A stretch of 64,000 nucleotides of DNA. Origin: Acetobacteraceae bacterium (GTDB taxonomy: Bacteria > Pseudomonadota > Alphaproteobacteria > Acetobacterales > Acetobacteraceae). Shown here piece by piece: positions 25,571-34,786 of this stretch (position 1 is its first letter; every line of letters starts with the position of its first letter). Under the pieces are notes generated by a model, which saw only the letters and a list, made by a program, of their open reading frames with translations, ran no database searches and was not told the origin of the DNA. A program made the translations under genes and the position numbers. The stretch is from NCBI GenBank assembly GCA_031291725.1, contig JARLIM010000040.1, forward strand, positions 15,071-79,070, given 5' to 3'.

Positions 25571-26038
25571 ATGGAAATTCAGATCGCCAAGACCGCCCAC
25601 ATCCTGTCCGCCTTCCTGCTCTGCGGCGCCGGCTTCGGCTTGGCGCTGCGCTGCTTGGCCAGCCGCGTGCCTCGCCAGATGCACGTCATGCTCATGTCGC
25701 AGAGTCAGCTTGTGCTGCTCGACTGCCTGTTCACCATGCCGGCGCTGGTGCTGCAGCCGCTGACCGGCTTCTGGCTGGCGATCGTGGCGGGCGTTCCGCT
25801 CACTGCGCCCTGGATGGAGGCGTCGCTCGCCCTCTACGCCGTGACGCTGGGCTGCAACTTCGCGGCGCTCTGGCTACAGGGCGGCATGCTCGACACCGCT
25901 GAGGCGGCGCTGCGCGGCGAGAGCGAGTTGTCCGCCCGATATCACCGGCACTATCGGGCCTGGAACATCCTGGGCTGGCCCGCCTTCGCGGCGACGCTGG
26001 CGATCACTGTACTGATGGTGGTTAGGCCGGAGTGGTGA
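25571..26038 (+). CDS. DUF2269-like integral membrane protein
   Basis: 155 aa with four hydrophobic helices. N-terminus IAKTAHILSAFLLCGAGFGLA is typical of this family. Confidence 0.65.
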   Translation: MEIQIAKTAHILSAFLLCGAGFGLALRCLASRVPRQMHVMLMSQSQLVLLDCLFTMPALVLQPLTGFWLAIVAGVPLTAPWMEASLALYAVTLGCNFAALWLQGGMLDTAEAALRGESELSARYHRHYRAWNILGWPAFAATLAITVLMVVRPEW

Positions 26039-26045
26039 TCAATGC

Positions 26046-26615
26046 TCAGGGTTGCCACTCAGACCGATTGCTTTCCAAAGCCAGCGCGGTTTCCGCCAAC
26101 CCAATCTGCCGCATTATTTTTAGGTAGCCATCCGCAGTGATCGGTGGACGGGTCAGGCGCGACAGGCAATCGAGCACCGCTTGGAAGAACAGGTGCGGCG
26201 TCTCAGTGATGAAGGATTGCAGAAAGGCATCGGGATGCTGAGCCTCGACGCCATAAGGCGCGAGAGCCGCGGGCGGAAAGTCTTTCAAGTTGAAGGTGAC
26301 GATGACATTCGCCTCCGCCGTGATTGCGGCGGCGAGGACATGCCGGTCGTCAGGGTCAGGCAACGCTATGTCGGTCACGCGCGCCTCATAGCCCGTTACC
26401 AGGGCGTCCGGCATGGCGCGGTGCATCGCGGCCCTGGTCAAAGCGATTTGCTCTGCCAACTCCGGCCGAGCGATCAGCAGATTGCGCTGCCACTCGTCGT
26501 CGATGTCGGCTGACCATCGCGCTTGGAACAGGCCGGAGAAGGCAAGCTGCAGCAGCAGATCGCGCAAGGGGGCGGGATACAGCACATTGGCATCGAGAAC
26601 GGCGACGGCAGACAT
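26046..26615 (-). CDS. PIN-domain toxin
   Basis: AVLDANVLYPAPLRDLLL at the N-terminus, with acidic residues spaced as in PIN. The start overlaps the stop of the upstream HTH gene. Confidence 0.8.
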   Translation of the reverse strand: MSAVAVLDANVLYPAPLRDLLLQLAFSGLFQARWSADIDDEWQRNLLIARPELAEQIALTRAAMHRAMPDALVTGYEARVTDIALPDPDDRHVLAAAITAEANVIVTFNLKDFPPAALAPYGVEAQHPDAFLQSFITETPHLFFQAVLDCLSRLTRPPITADGYLKIMRQIGLAETALALESNRSEWQP

Positions 26616-27109
26616 CAGGCCTCGTAGCCGACGCCAATGTCCTGTCCAAGCCGTGCCAAATCATCGAGCGCCGCGCGCCGGTCGATATCGGTGCGGGTTT
26701 TATAGGCAATCACCTCGCGCAAGGCGACGCGGCGCTGGTTACCGACCTTTCGAAACGCCATGTCACCCTTTTCAAGCAGTCCAACCAGATAGGGCCGCGA
26801 GACATGGAGAATGTCGGCGGCCTGCTGGGTGGTCAGTTCGGCATGCAGAGGCAGCAGCGACACGGCGTTGCCGCTGGCCAGCTCGGAAAGGGCCGCGAAC
26901 AGCAGCTGAACTGCCGAGGACGGGATGCGCAGCTGTGTGGTCGCACCGCTTTCCCCGGCCACGGTGAAGGTGAAATCGCCGCTGGATTTTGCGAGCGCGC
27001 CGAGCGTTCCACGTGATTCGGCAGCCAACTGCATATCGTGCGCGTTGGGTATCATCGCCGTGCCGACGTTTGAAAGCTGGGTCACAGGCGTAGGAATCAT
27101 TGTGGGCAT
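26615..27109 (-). CDS. Excisionase-family HTH antitoxin partner of the PIN protein
   Basis: C-terminal LTTQQAADILHVSRPYLVGLLEKGDMAFRKVGNQRRVALREVIAY. ATG (MPTMIPTP) is chosen over the earlier in-frame start at 27181. Confidence 0.7.
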   Translation of the reverse strand: MPTMIPTPVTQLSNVGTAMIPNAHDMQLAAESRGTLGALAKSSGDFTFTVAGESGATTQLRIPSSAVQLLFAALSELASGNAVSLLPLHAELTTQQAADILHVSRPYLVGLLEKGDMAFRKVGNQRRVALREVIAYKTRTDIDRRAALDDLARLGQDIGVGYEA

Positions 27110-27201
27110 AGCCACCTCCTGATCGAGACCATACTCGATATAGACGAAATAGTCAAAATATCCGAAACGGGGTTGCGTCAACCCCTATCCGATTTAGACA
27201 A

Positions 27202-28662
27202 TTACGGTAATCCGAGCGTTGTCAGATGGGCGGGGGAGAAGCACAACAGACTTCGCTGAGTTGCCACCTGCCACGGGACTATGATAGAGGCAAACAAATC
27301 GACAAGCGTCTTTGGATCAAATAAATGTAGGGTTGCTCCATAGAATTGTATAAGAATCAATATCAGTGAATTGCCATCAATAGGCTGTTTTTGTTCGAAT
27401 CTAACTCGGGTTTCCTCAGATAAACTCTGCCATAATTCTAATGATCCAACGAAGGCCCTTGTAGAGTTTCCACCTGCTATGCCCATCTCAATCTCAATCG
27501 GATTCACCATGAGACGCTCAGCCGCCGGTTCATGGCTTTGACCATTGTCGATCGGATAATCGCCCAATACCTCAAGCAGTCGTATTAGAGATGTGATGGC
27601 TGTGGCGATCTGCTCAGCCGAGTAAGGATGTGGGCGCAAACCCTCCCATAGGCGCTCCAAAGCGGACTGTGCAGTACCATTCCTACGTGAGATGTCGGGA
27701 TTGATCACGAGTAGGTCGGTGCATGTCCGTCGCGCGGCAACGAGTTCAATAAGCGCGCTGGTGTTCGCCATGATGTATCCGGTAGACCAAGACGGTGGCG
27801 CCGAATCGATATCGATGGCGTCCCAGCGCTCGTCTGGGCCCACGCTCCATCCTGGTTTGAGCGGTACCAAGTCAAGCTCCGGCATCTGGTCGCCCAAGGG
27901 ATGCTCGATATGAAGGTGAACCGTTTTTTCCGACTTGATCAGACCCAATAAGGCGACCTCTCGGTCATTATTCAGACGATAGTCCTCGATCATTTGCTCG
28001 AGATGGCTTCGGCGATCCGGGTAGATCCGACGCTTCTCGATTGCCGGCGTTACACCCGTCTGAGCAAAGACAATTCGGTCGAGAGGCCAGATCCTATCAA
28101 TGTTGCACTGTGCTTCTAGGAACAGCCCCGACTGCGCCTGGAGGCGCCAAAGATTGGGCACGTCGACCTCTAGGAACCTCATCACAGGTCCTGAACGGCT
28201 GAATGCTTCGAAGATTTTGCTGACCTCATCCGGATCGAGTAGGTAAATGGCGCCTTGTTGACCAGGCACGCCTCCATCTGCCGCGAACCAGCCCGCGACC
28301 AAAGGATCTGTCGAGAAATCGATAAAGGTGGTCGGCGTCACTTGATGATGCTGCGCAGCGGCAATGATCTTGTCATCGTCGGTCAGGTAAGGCACGAGTT
28401 TCTCGGCTTCGCGCACCCAGGCGGCGAACGCGACGATCTTCTCACTCGCCCTGAGTCGCCCGGCGACGCCTTCTCGCGCGAAACTTGAGATCACCTTCCA
28501 CTGAGCATCCCGCTGCCCGCGAAAGTAGCGGTATCTCCCGGCCGCCCTGAATCGCGCAGCTAGCGCGATCGCTTCCTCGATATTTGCCACATCGAACTGG
28601 ACGAAGCCCCCGGGCGTCGTTCGCCCAGACGGAAGGTCGGTGCTTAGGTGACTAGATCCCAT
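27202..28662 (-). CDS. FRG-domain protein
   Basis: RYRYFRGQRDAQWKVISSFAR near the N-terminus. The C-terminal half is AT-richer and unrecognised. The start is uncertain (ATG 28662 or TTG 28803). Confidence 0.7.
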   Translation of the reverse strand: MGSSHLSTDLPSGRTTPGGFVQFDVANIEEAIALAARFRAAGRYRYFRGQRDAQWKVISSFAREGVAGRLRASEKIVAFAAWVREAEKLVPYLTDDDKIIAAAQHHQVTPTTFIDFSTDPLVAGWFAADGGVPGQQGAIYLLDPDEVSKIFEAFSRSGPVMRFLEVDVPNLWRLQAQSGLFLEAQCNIDRIWPLDRIVFAQTGVTPAIEKRRIYPDRRSHLEQMIEDYRLNNDREVALLGLIKSEKTVHLHIEHPLGDQMPELDLVPLKPGWSVGPDERWDAIDIDSAPPSWSTGYIMANTSALIELVAARRTCTDLLVINPDISRRNGTAQSALERLWEGLRPHPYSAEQIATAITSLIRLLEVLGDYPIDNGQSHEPAAERLMVNPIEIEMGIAGGNSTRAFVGSLELWQSLSEETRVRFEQKQPIDGNSLILILIQFYGATLHLFDPKTLVDLFASIIVPWQVATQRSLLCFSPAHLTTLGLP

Positions 28663-28890
28663 GTTATCCACTTTCCGAGCATTCACCGAAGTCAGGCTAG
28701 CCTGCGGCCCCTCTAGTAGCAAAACGACAGAGTTGGTGGCGGCAGAGAGGTGACCAATGAGACGGCGAGCAACGTCTACTTCTGAGCCCGTTATACGCGT
28801 CAAATCAGAGGCTTGCCGTTCTATTCGGTGTCGAAGTCCTGTGCGAAACTGGAACTAGGGTTCATCTCCTTTGTACGGAACGGGTGCAAA

Positions 28891-28924
28891 CCGGCTTATC
28901 CCCGCAGGAGCGGGGATAAGCCGG
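28891..28924 (-). terminator. Rho-independent terminator candidate after the DUF4160/DUF2442 pair
   Basis: Perfect 15-bp stem CCGGCTTATCCCCGC-AGGA-GCGGGGATAAGCCGG, followed by TTTG on the minus strand. Confidence 0.6.
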
Positions 28925-28954
28925 CCAAGCTATCGGAGAATTTTCCTGCCCGCC

Positions 28955-29386
28955 TCAAGCTGCCTGCTTGCGCGGTCTGCCGCCCTTCTTGCCGTTCTGC
29001 CGGGCGCTTTGCGTCTTGGCGGCTGATTTTGCCGATCCGCCTGCGGCCGCGAACATGCCGGCGGCGATCTGGCGCGGCACCAGCACCGGCAGCGCCGCTT
29101 TGATCATGCCGTCGACCGACACATGCAGATCGAGCGCTTCGATCTCGATCAGCGACCCATCCGGCCACAGCGTCATGCCGGCGAGGTGCTCGGCTCCGAC
29201 AGACTGGAGGCCTTTCACCAGCGCACGCGGGATGACGAAGCCGCCATTGTGTTGGGTGATGACCTCAAAGGCGTCGAGCCGCGGAAGGTAGGAGACCGCT
29301 TCGGCGCGGAACTCGCTCTTCGCCGTGCTCTGCCCGGCAGCCAAGGCTTCGGCGTAGTCAGCTTCGGTGATGTCGTGTCCGGTCAT
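28955..29386 (-). CDS. DUF2442-like protein with basic C-terminal tail
   Basis: AEAVSYLPRLDAFEVITQHNGGFVIPRALVKGL...LWPDGSLIEIEALDLHVSVDGM fits the DUF2442 pattern. ATGA overlap with the upstream gene. Confidence 0.65.
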   Translation of the reverse strand: MTGHDITEADYAEALAAGQSTAKSEFRAEAVSYLPRLDAFEVITQHNGGFVIPRALVKGLQSVGAEHLAGMTLWPDGSLIEIEALDLHVSVDGMIKAALPVLVPRQIAAGMFAAAGGSAKSAAKTQSARQNGKKGGRPRKQAA

Positions 29387-29826
29387 GGATTGTCTCCGTT
29401 GCCGATAACGGCCTGGGTATCGTCGGTGAAGGTCACCTTCAAAATGTGCGTTGCCGCATCATAGGCTGCGGAACGCACACGCTTTGCCTCATTCTGTCGG
29501 CGGTTCAGAATTGCGAGGTGATTCGCCGATGTCAGTAAGGCCCATTTGTTTTCCAAGCAGGTGGTGCCCATGCTGTGCCACCACAGCTTTCGGCAGGCCG
29601 CGAGGTTGGCCGAAATTTCGTCCAGCATTTGGTTGAGCTGCTTCGGCCGCACGGCGCCTGTTGTCGGGGCGATGCTCAACACGCCGGTGTCGCGCGAGGC
29701 GAAGGAGAACCACAACCGCACCACCCAGCCTTCCGCCCGATGCAGTGCATGAACATGGGGCGGACAGTGATCCTCGCTGGCGATGACGACCTTCGCGCCG
29801 GTTGTGGATTTGAATAGCTCAGCCAT
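29383..29826 (-). CDS. DUF4160-like protein
   Basis: EDHCPPHVHALHRAEGWVVRLWF matches the DUF4160 HxPPHvH signature. Paired with DUF2442 as commonly seen. Confidence 0.6.
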   Translation of the reverse strand: MAELFKSTTGAKVVIASEDHCPPHVHALHRAEGWVVRLWFSFASRDTGVLSIAPTTGAVRPKQLNQMLDEISANLAACRKLWWHSMGTTCLENKWALLTSANHLAILNRRQNEAKRVRSAAYDAATHILKVTFTDDTQAVIGNGDNP

Positions 29827-29946
29827 GGCTTGATATAAACCTAACGGGTTTGGTTATCAAGATAAGGATACGGTATCTCAGCGTGCGCCTTTGGGCGGTG
29901 GGCTTGTCGATGCAGGGACGCAGAACGACCCACGCGCTGATCGTCA

Positions 29947-32295
29947 TCACGCCGCCAGCCAAACCTGATTGAGGATCTGCGCCGCCAGTGCCGCCTTATC
30001 TTGCGGCAGAAATCGGCCGTAATGCTTGGCCACCATGTCCGGCGTGTCCTGAATGGCGTAGCTCGCCTGCTCGTAGGAACCGGTCTGCTTCAGGATGTGG
30101 GTGGCCAGCACGTCGCGGACATTGTGCGGTCCATGCGGCAGCAGCCCCTGGATGGCGCCGCGTCCGGTATACGGGTTGTAGATACCGTAACGCTGAACGG
30201 TCAGCCGCCATGCCTCGTAGAAGGTGATCTGGTTGTAGGAAGCGTCCACGCTGGTGATCTTCGCGGTCTTGACGAAGAACGTCCCGGGATCGTTCGCGCC
30301 GCCCAGCAGAACCTTGCGATGCCGGCTCACATAGGTCTCGATATGCTCGTAGAGACCGAGCAGGTTGGGCAAGATCAGCCGGAACGGCTTGGCGCCGAAG
30401 AAGGACGAGTTGGCGTTCTTGAAGGCGACCGACGGGATCAGCACTTCCCATCCGTGGTCGCGCTCGCTCCAGCGCAGTTCGCCGCACTTCATATCCTCCA
30501 GCCGGCGTTCGGAGGTCGGAAAGTGTCCGCGCGGACAGACCCGCAATTGGCGAAGGTTTTTCTGGCGCAGACCGAGATGCAGACCGAGCCGAAGCATCAG
30601 GCACGACCGAACGGCCTCCGCGGCGGGGCGCGGATAGCGGCGCGCGTCCGGCATCCGGCGCAGAATCTCGTCGGTGATCTTGCGATATTCCGCCAGCGGG
30701 CTTGCAGCCTCGAGAACCACCATGATCGGCTCGAACGGGTCCCGGTGAATGCGGGCCACACGCTCGATTTCCCTGATGCGATTGCCTGCGTGCTGGGCGA
30801 AGCGGTCGCAGGCTCCGTCCCAATCCAAACGGGCGGCGGCGATTTCCTCATTCGAGATCAGCGACGGGATGGCCTGCAGTCGGCCGACCAATTCGGGATG
30901 CTGCCGAAGCCAGCCGGTGCTTTGTCGCGCGAGACTCTGGGCGACGTTTAGCATGTCGACCTCCCAGCTTGTGAAGAAGCCGCGTCGACGCTCGCGCCAT
31001 TGTAGATACCAGTCCCAGACGCCGGGAAACATCAGCATCGCGAAGGTCAGCTGAGACAGCTTGACGCCGCAACCGCGAACCTCGCCGTCGGGCGCAGCCG
31101 CCAGCGCGCCGAACATCAGCCCAAAATGCTCGGTCTTCTGCGACGCGGTCTCTTCGCCCCAGACGCCGTTGCGTTGCAATCCGATCGTCGTCAGCGTCGC
31201 GGTCTTGAAGCGGATCAGATCGACCATCTCGGCGGTCAAATGCGGCGGCGCATCGATGGTGCCGAGCAGAAGGTCGGGGTCCCGCTCGGATCTTTCGCTC
31301 TCGTCGGCCTCATCGTCCGAGATCGGCAGGCGGGAAGCCGAAGGCCCGCCGCCATAAGCGATGTCCGGGAAGCGGATGGCGTAACGCTGTTTGGAGGCCG
31401 AGGCCTGATATCGGCGGTATTCGGTCGAGCCGGAGATCACGACGCGCCGGACCCACTCCAGAATTTCGGCCTGCTGCTTTGGCGTGCGGCTGTTGAAATC
31501 GTCGGGCAGATGCCAGGCGAGCCGGCGACGTTCGGCGGGCGCGATGTCGTCACCCAGGTCGAAACCCCTCGCCGAACGCGCCGGATGTGGAAGCGTGTTC
31601 TTGAAATATCCGGCCGGAAGCCGATAGCGGTGCTCGATGCGCTGAAGCATTTCCAGACTGTCGACGCTGCGCGGGACTTTGCTGCCCTGTAGCCAGGTGC
31701 TGATGGTCTTTTGCCAGACCGTCTCGCCGGGCCGGACGATGGCGCGGTGCAATGACCAGTAGGTATCGCCGTGGCGGCGCATCTGCAGTTCGAGTGCTTT
31801 GTGGAATTCCGTCGGGTGTTCCTCGATGTCGAATAGCGGCGTCGGAAATTCCTCAATCGGCCGAGGGCGCACCCCGCGCGGTTTGCCGGGTCGTTCGATG
31901 GCCGCCTTTTCGCTGGTTGCGATGTCGTCTTTCCTCGGCGGCTTGGCGCATTTCCGGCGTGCGGGCGAAAGGGCCTGAGCTTTGTCAACGGCTGTGGCGT
32001 CTTCCGTGTTGCCTGACCGTCGCGCGATTGAGTCGAACACTGGGCCGGCCAGTTGGCGCCATTCAGGTGTGAGTTTCCCCTCCAATCCGGAGGCGCTTTC
32101 GATCCGACGCCACGCCAAGCCGCGCCCGGCCCGGGGCGGCGCCTGCCGGTGGCGGATCAACGTAAAGATGAGCTCGAAAAGAGGCTTATAGATCTCGATT
32201 GGCAGGGCGGGAGCGAGGCGGCGCCGGCAGTAATCTTCGATTCTGGTCTTGAATGAGGAAAGCGATTCCGGGGATTGTTTAGCCATATCATCCAA
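29947..32295 (-). CDS. Large tyrosine recombinase (782 aa) with long unrecognised N-terminal region
   Basis: C-terminal catalytic region: LGLHLGLRQKNLRQL (box I Arg), HGPHNVRDVLATHILKQTG (HxxR), and MVAKHYGRF (Tyr). Alternative ATG at 32286. Confidence 0.75.
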   Translation of the reverse strand: MDDMAKQSPESLSSFKTRIEDYCRRRLAPALPIEIYKPLFELIFTLIRHRQAPPRAGRGLAWRRIESASGLEGKLTPEWRQLAGPVFDSIARRSGNTEDATAVDKAQALSPARRKCAKPPRKDDIATSEKAAIERPGKPRGVRPRPIEEFPTPLFDIEEHPTEFHKALELQMRRHGDTYWSLHRAIVRPGETVWQKTISTWLQGSKVPRSVDSLEMLQRIEHRYRLPAGYFKNTLPHPARSARGFDLGDDIAPAERRRLAWHLPDDFNSRTPKQQAEILEWVRRVVISGSTEYRRYQASASKQRYAIRFPDIAYGGGPSASRLPISDDEADESERSERDPDLLLGTIDAPPHLTAEMVDLIRFKTATLTTIGLQRNGVWGEETASQKTEHFGLMFGALAAAPDGEVRGCGVKLSQLTFAMLMFPGVWDWYLQWRERRRGFFTSWEVDMLNVAQSLARQSTGWLRQHPELVGRLQAIPSLISNEEIAAARLDWDGACDRFAQHAGNRIREIERVARIHRDPFEPIMVVLEAASPLAEYRKITDEILRRMPDARRYPRPAAEAVRSCLMLRLGLHLGLRQKNLRQLRVCPRGHFPTSERRLEDMKCGELRWSERDHGWEVLIPSVAFKNANSSFFGAKPFRLILPNLLGLYEHIETYVSRHRKVLLGGANDPGTFFVKTAKITSVDASYNQITFYEAWRLTVQRYGIYNPYTGRGAIQGLLPHGPHNVRDVLATHILKQTGSYEQASYAIQDTPDMVAKHYGRFLPQDKAALAAQILNQVWLAA

Positions 32296-32557
32296 TTATC
32301 GGCAGAAGGTGCGCATTGCGGGGCGGGCTGTATAGCCAATTGCCAATCCGATGAGAAAGCCCCTTAAAGGTGCCCCGGAGGTCGACAGCTGTGCCCCATT
32401 GCGACCTGACGGGAAACACGCGAAATTCTCATCAAAAGCTGAGGCGAATGATGTTCATCTGGCTGTATCCGGAAGATCCGAACGTCGCTCAGCGTCGAAC
32501 TCCTGAACCGAACCCTAGTCAGGACAAGCGATGCAGTTTCGCATCACACGATTATAC

Positions 32558-32618
32558 GGGTGAATATGGGTGTATTTTTGGCTGGTCGTTTGGGTGAATA
32601 TGGGTGATGATATGGGTG
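32558..32618 (+). promoter_or_regulatory. Direct repeats immediately upstream of the Fic gene
   Basis: GGGTGAATATGGGTG at 32558-32572 and 32592-32606, plus GATATGGGTG at 32609-32618. They end 13 nt before the Fic ATG. Confidence 0.4.
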
Positions 32619-32631
32619 AGGAAGGTCACCC

Positions 32632-33681
32632 ATGCTCAACACCGACACGATCCAGATCACGCCGGAAATACTCGTCCTGATCGCCGAAATCGACGAGTTC
32701 AAGGGCGCATGGCGCGCCCTCGGCACATTGGCGCCCGAGCGGCTGAAGGCGCTGCGTCACGTGGCGACGGTCGAAAGCATCGGTTCCTCCACCCGCATCG
32801 AGGGCAGCAGGCTGACCGATCGCGAGGTGGAGCGTCTGCTCGCCAATCTGGAAGTCAAGCAGTTCGCCACTCGCGACGAGCAGGAAGTCGCCGGCTACGC
32901 CGACGTGATGGAAACCGTCTATCGGGCCTGGCAAGATATCCCGATCACCGAAAACCACATCAAACAGCTTCACCGCGACCTCCTGCGCTACAGCGACAAG
33001 GACGAGCGGCACCGCGGCGACTACAAGACCGTCCGCAACGACGTGGGGGCTTTCGACAGCGAAGGTCGCATGATCGGCGTTGTCTTCGAGACCGCCACGC
33101 CCTTCGACACGCCGCGCCGGATGCAGGAACTTGTCGCCTGGTTACGCGATGCCCGTGAATTGGGGCGGCTGCACCCGCTGCTGATCACGGCGGTGTTCGT
33201 GGTCGTGTTCCTGGAGATCCACCCCTTCCAGGACGGCAACGGCCGCCTGAGCCGGGTTCTGACCACGCTTCTGCTGCTCCAGGGCGGCTATGCCTACGTG
33301 CCCTATACATCGCTGGAAAGCGTCATCGAGAACAGCAAGGAAGGCTACTATCTGGCCCTACGGCAGACCCAGGGCAGCATCCGCGGCGACACGCCGAATT
33401 GGCAGCCCTGGCTGGAGTTCTTCCTGCGCGCCCTACAGCAGCAGAAGCGCCGACTGGCCGATAGGGTCGAACGCGAGCGGCTGATGATGGCGGCCTTACC
33501 CGATCTCGCCGTCCAGATCGTCGACCATGCGCGGCAGCATGGCCGGGTGACGATGGGCGATATGGTCCGCATCACCAGCGCATCGCGCAACACGCTGAAG
33601 GAGCATTTCCGGCGTTTGCTGGAGCAGGGCCATCTCGTTCGGCATGGGGCGGGCAAGGGATCGTGGTACGGCTTGTCCTGA
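32632..33681 (+). CDS. Fic family protein (class II, autoinhibited AMPylase-type) with C-terminal winged-helix-like domain
   Basis: Fic motif HPFQDGNGRLSR. N-terminal inhibitory motif STRIEG ([ST]xxxE[GN]). Confidence 0.9.
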   Translation: MLNTDTIQITPEILVLIAEIDEFKGAWRALGTLAPERLKALRHVATVESIGSSTRIEGSRLTDREVERLLANLEVKQFATRDEQEVAGYADVMETVYRAWQDIPITENHIKQLHRDLLRYSDKDERHRGDYKTVRNDVGAFDSEGRMIGVVFETATPFDTPRRMQELVAWLRDARELGRLHPLLITAVFVVVFLEIHPFQDGNGRLSRVLTTLLLLQGGYAYVPYTSLESVIENSKEGYYLALRQTQGSIRGDTPNWQPWLEFFLRALQQQKRRLADRVERERLMMAALPDLAVQIVDHARQHGRVTMGDMVRITSASRNTLKEHFRRLLEQGHLVRHGAGKGSWYGLS

Positions 33682-34018
33682 TATGATCCGGCTGGCACGA
33701 CGTCGCGTGAGCAAAGCCATGCCAATGGTGCATCCGGTGGAACGATCGCGTTCCCCCGCTCTTCCCCTGAGGTGAATCGGGGCCATCAGTGGCGAGTATG
33801 GGCCAATGGTCTGCGGCGTCTGCCCGGCATAGGGCCAAAGGCGGTGATCCGCCTTCAAACGCGGTCAATGTCGGTTCATTGCGTCACCGAACAAGAAATT
33901 CCCAATCTGGGGGCGTGGGATTCGCGCTGTCGTCGGGCGTCTTCCGTCTGCCCCGCGCCGATTGACACTCAATTGAGCCACATGAAGGCAGCAACCAGTT
34001 GAACGGCAGTCATGCCGA

Positions 34019-34786
34019 TTACCCGGGAAAGTGCAGCACTTCGCAGTCGGGCAGGCCCCAGCACAGATGGCCCATGTCATGGGCCATCAACCCAAATCCC
34101 TCGGTTTCGATTTCGCCGCGCAGACCGAATTTCGCCCATGGGCCGGGATTGCGGGCCAGGCGATGGTCGGGGCCATAGAGAAACGGCGGGAAGATCAGCC
34201 CGTTGCGATGCAGGTCGGCACGGACCAGCAGCACCGAGCCGCCCACTGTGTCCAGGCGTACCACCGGTCCCTGCCCACGCAAATTTTCCAACAGCACCTG
34301 GCCATGGTCGCGCCAGGCATTGCGGTCAAAGCTCGGCCCGCCCGGTGTAAGCACGCAATGCGGATGCACGATGTCCTTGCCGGTCGCCAGCAGGGTGCGG
34401 ATCAAATCGCTGGGGGCGGAGATCACGTCGACATCGAGCCACAGCACCCAGGTTTCATCGCGCAGCGCACGCGCCAGCAATTGGTTGCGCGAGCGCGCCA
34501 GCGCGGCGCGGCGCACCAGTTGGATCTCGTCGGCCCAGCGTGGCACCTCCGGGCGCAGGCGAAACCCCTGCGGCTGCTGAAACAGCCGACTGCGTCGGTA
34601 ATGCCCACGCAGCTGTGCCAGACGTGCCGCCAGCGCCGCATGGGTGCCGTCGTCGCTGTCGCTTTCCAGATAAGCGAGGCTGAGTTTGCGCCTGGGATAA
34701 TCGAACTGCTCGATCAGCCGAAAATGGCTGTCCAGATGGCGCTCCGCGTTCTTGACCGGCACCGCGATGAGCAGATCGGGCAGCAT
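34019..34786 (-). CDS. GT-A fold glycosyltransferase (Anp1/Mnn9-like)
   Basis: IAVPVKNAERHL...LESDSDDGT...WVLWLDVDVI (DxD). Confidence 0.6.
   Translation of the reverse strand: MLPDLLIAVPVKNAERHLDSHFRLIEQFDYPRRKLSLAYLESDSDDGTHAALAARLAQLRGHYRRSRLFQQPQGFRLRPEVPRWADEIQLVRRAALARSRNQLLARALRDETWVLWLDVDVISAPSDLIRTLLATGKDIVHPHCVLTPGGPSFDRNAWRDHGQVLLENLRGQGPVVRLDTVGGSVLLVRADLHRNGLIFPPFLYGPDHRLARNPGPWAKFGLRGEIETEGFGLMAHDMGHLCWGLPDCEVLHFPG

Noticed and set aside
33682-34018. Possible tRNA or att site downstream of Fic that would bound the second accessory patch
   Set aside because: Only a small hairpin (AAGGCGG-TGAT-CCGCCTT, ~33836-33853) was found, which more likely terminates the GT operon. There is no cloverleaf-compatible sequence and no repeat matching the other side of the patch.
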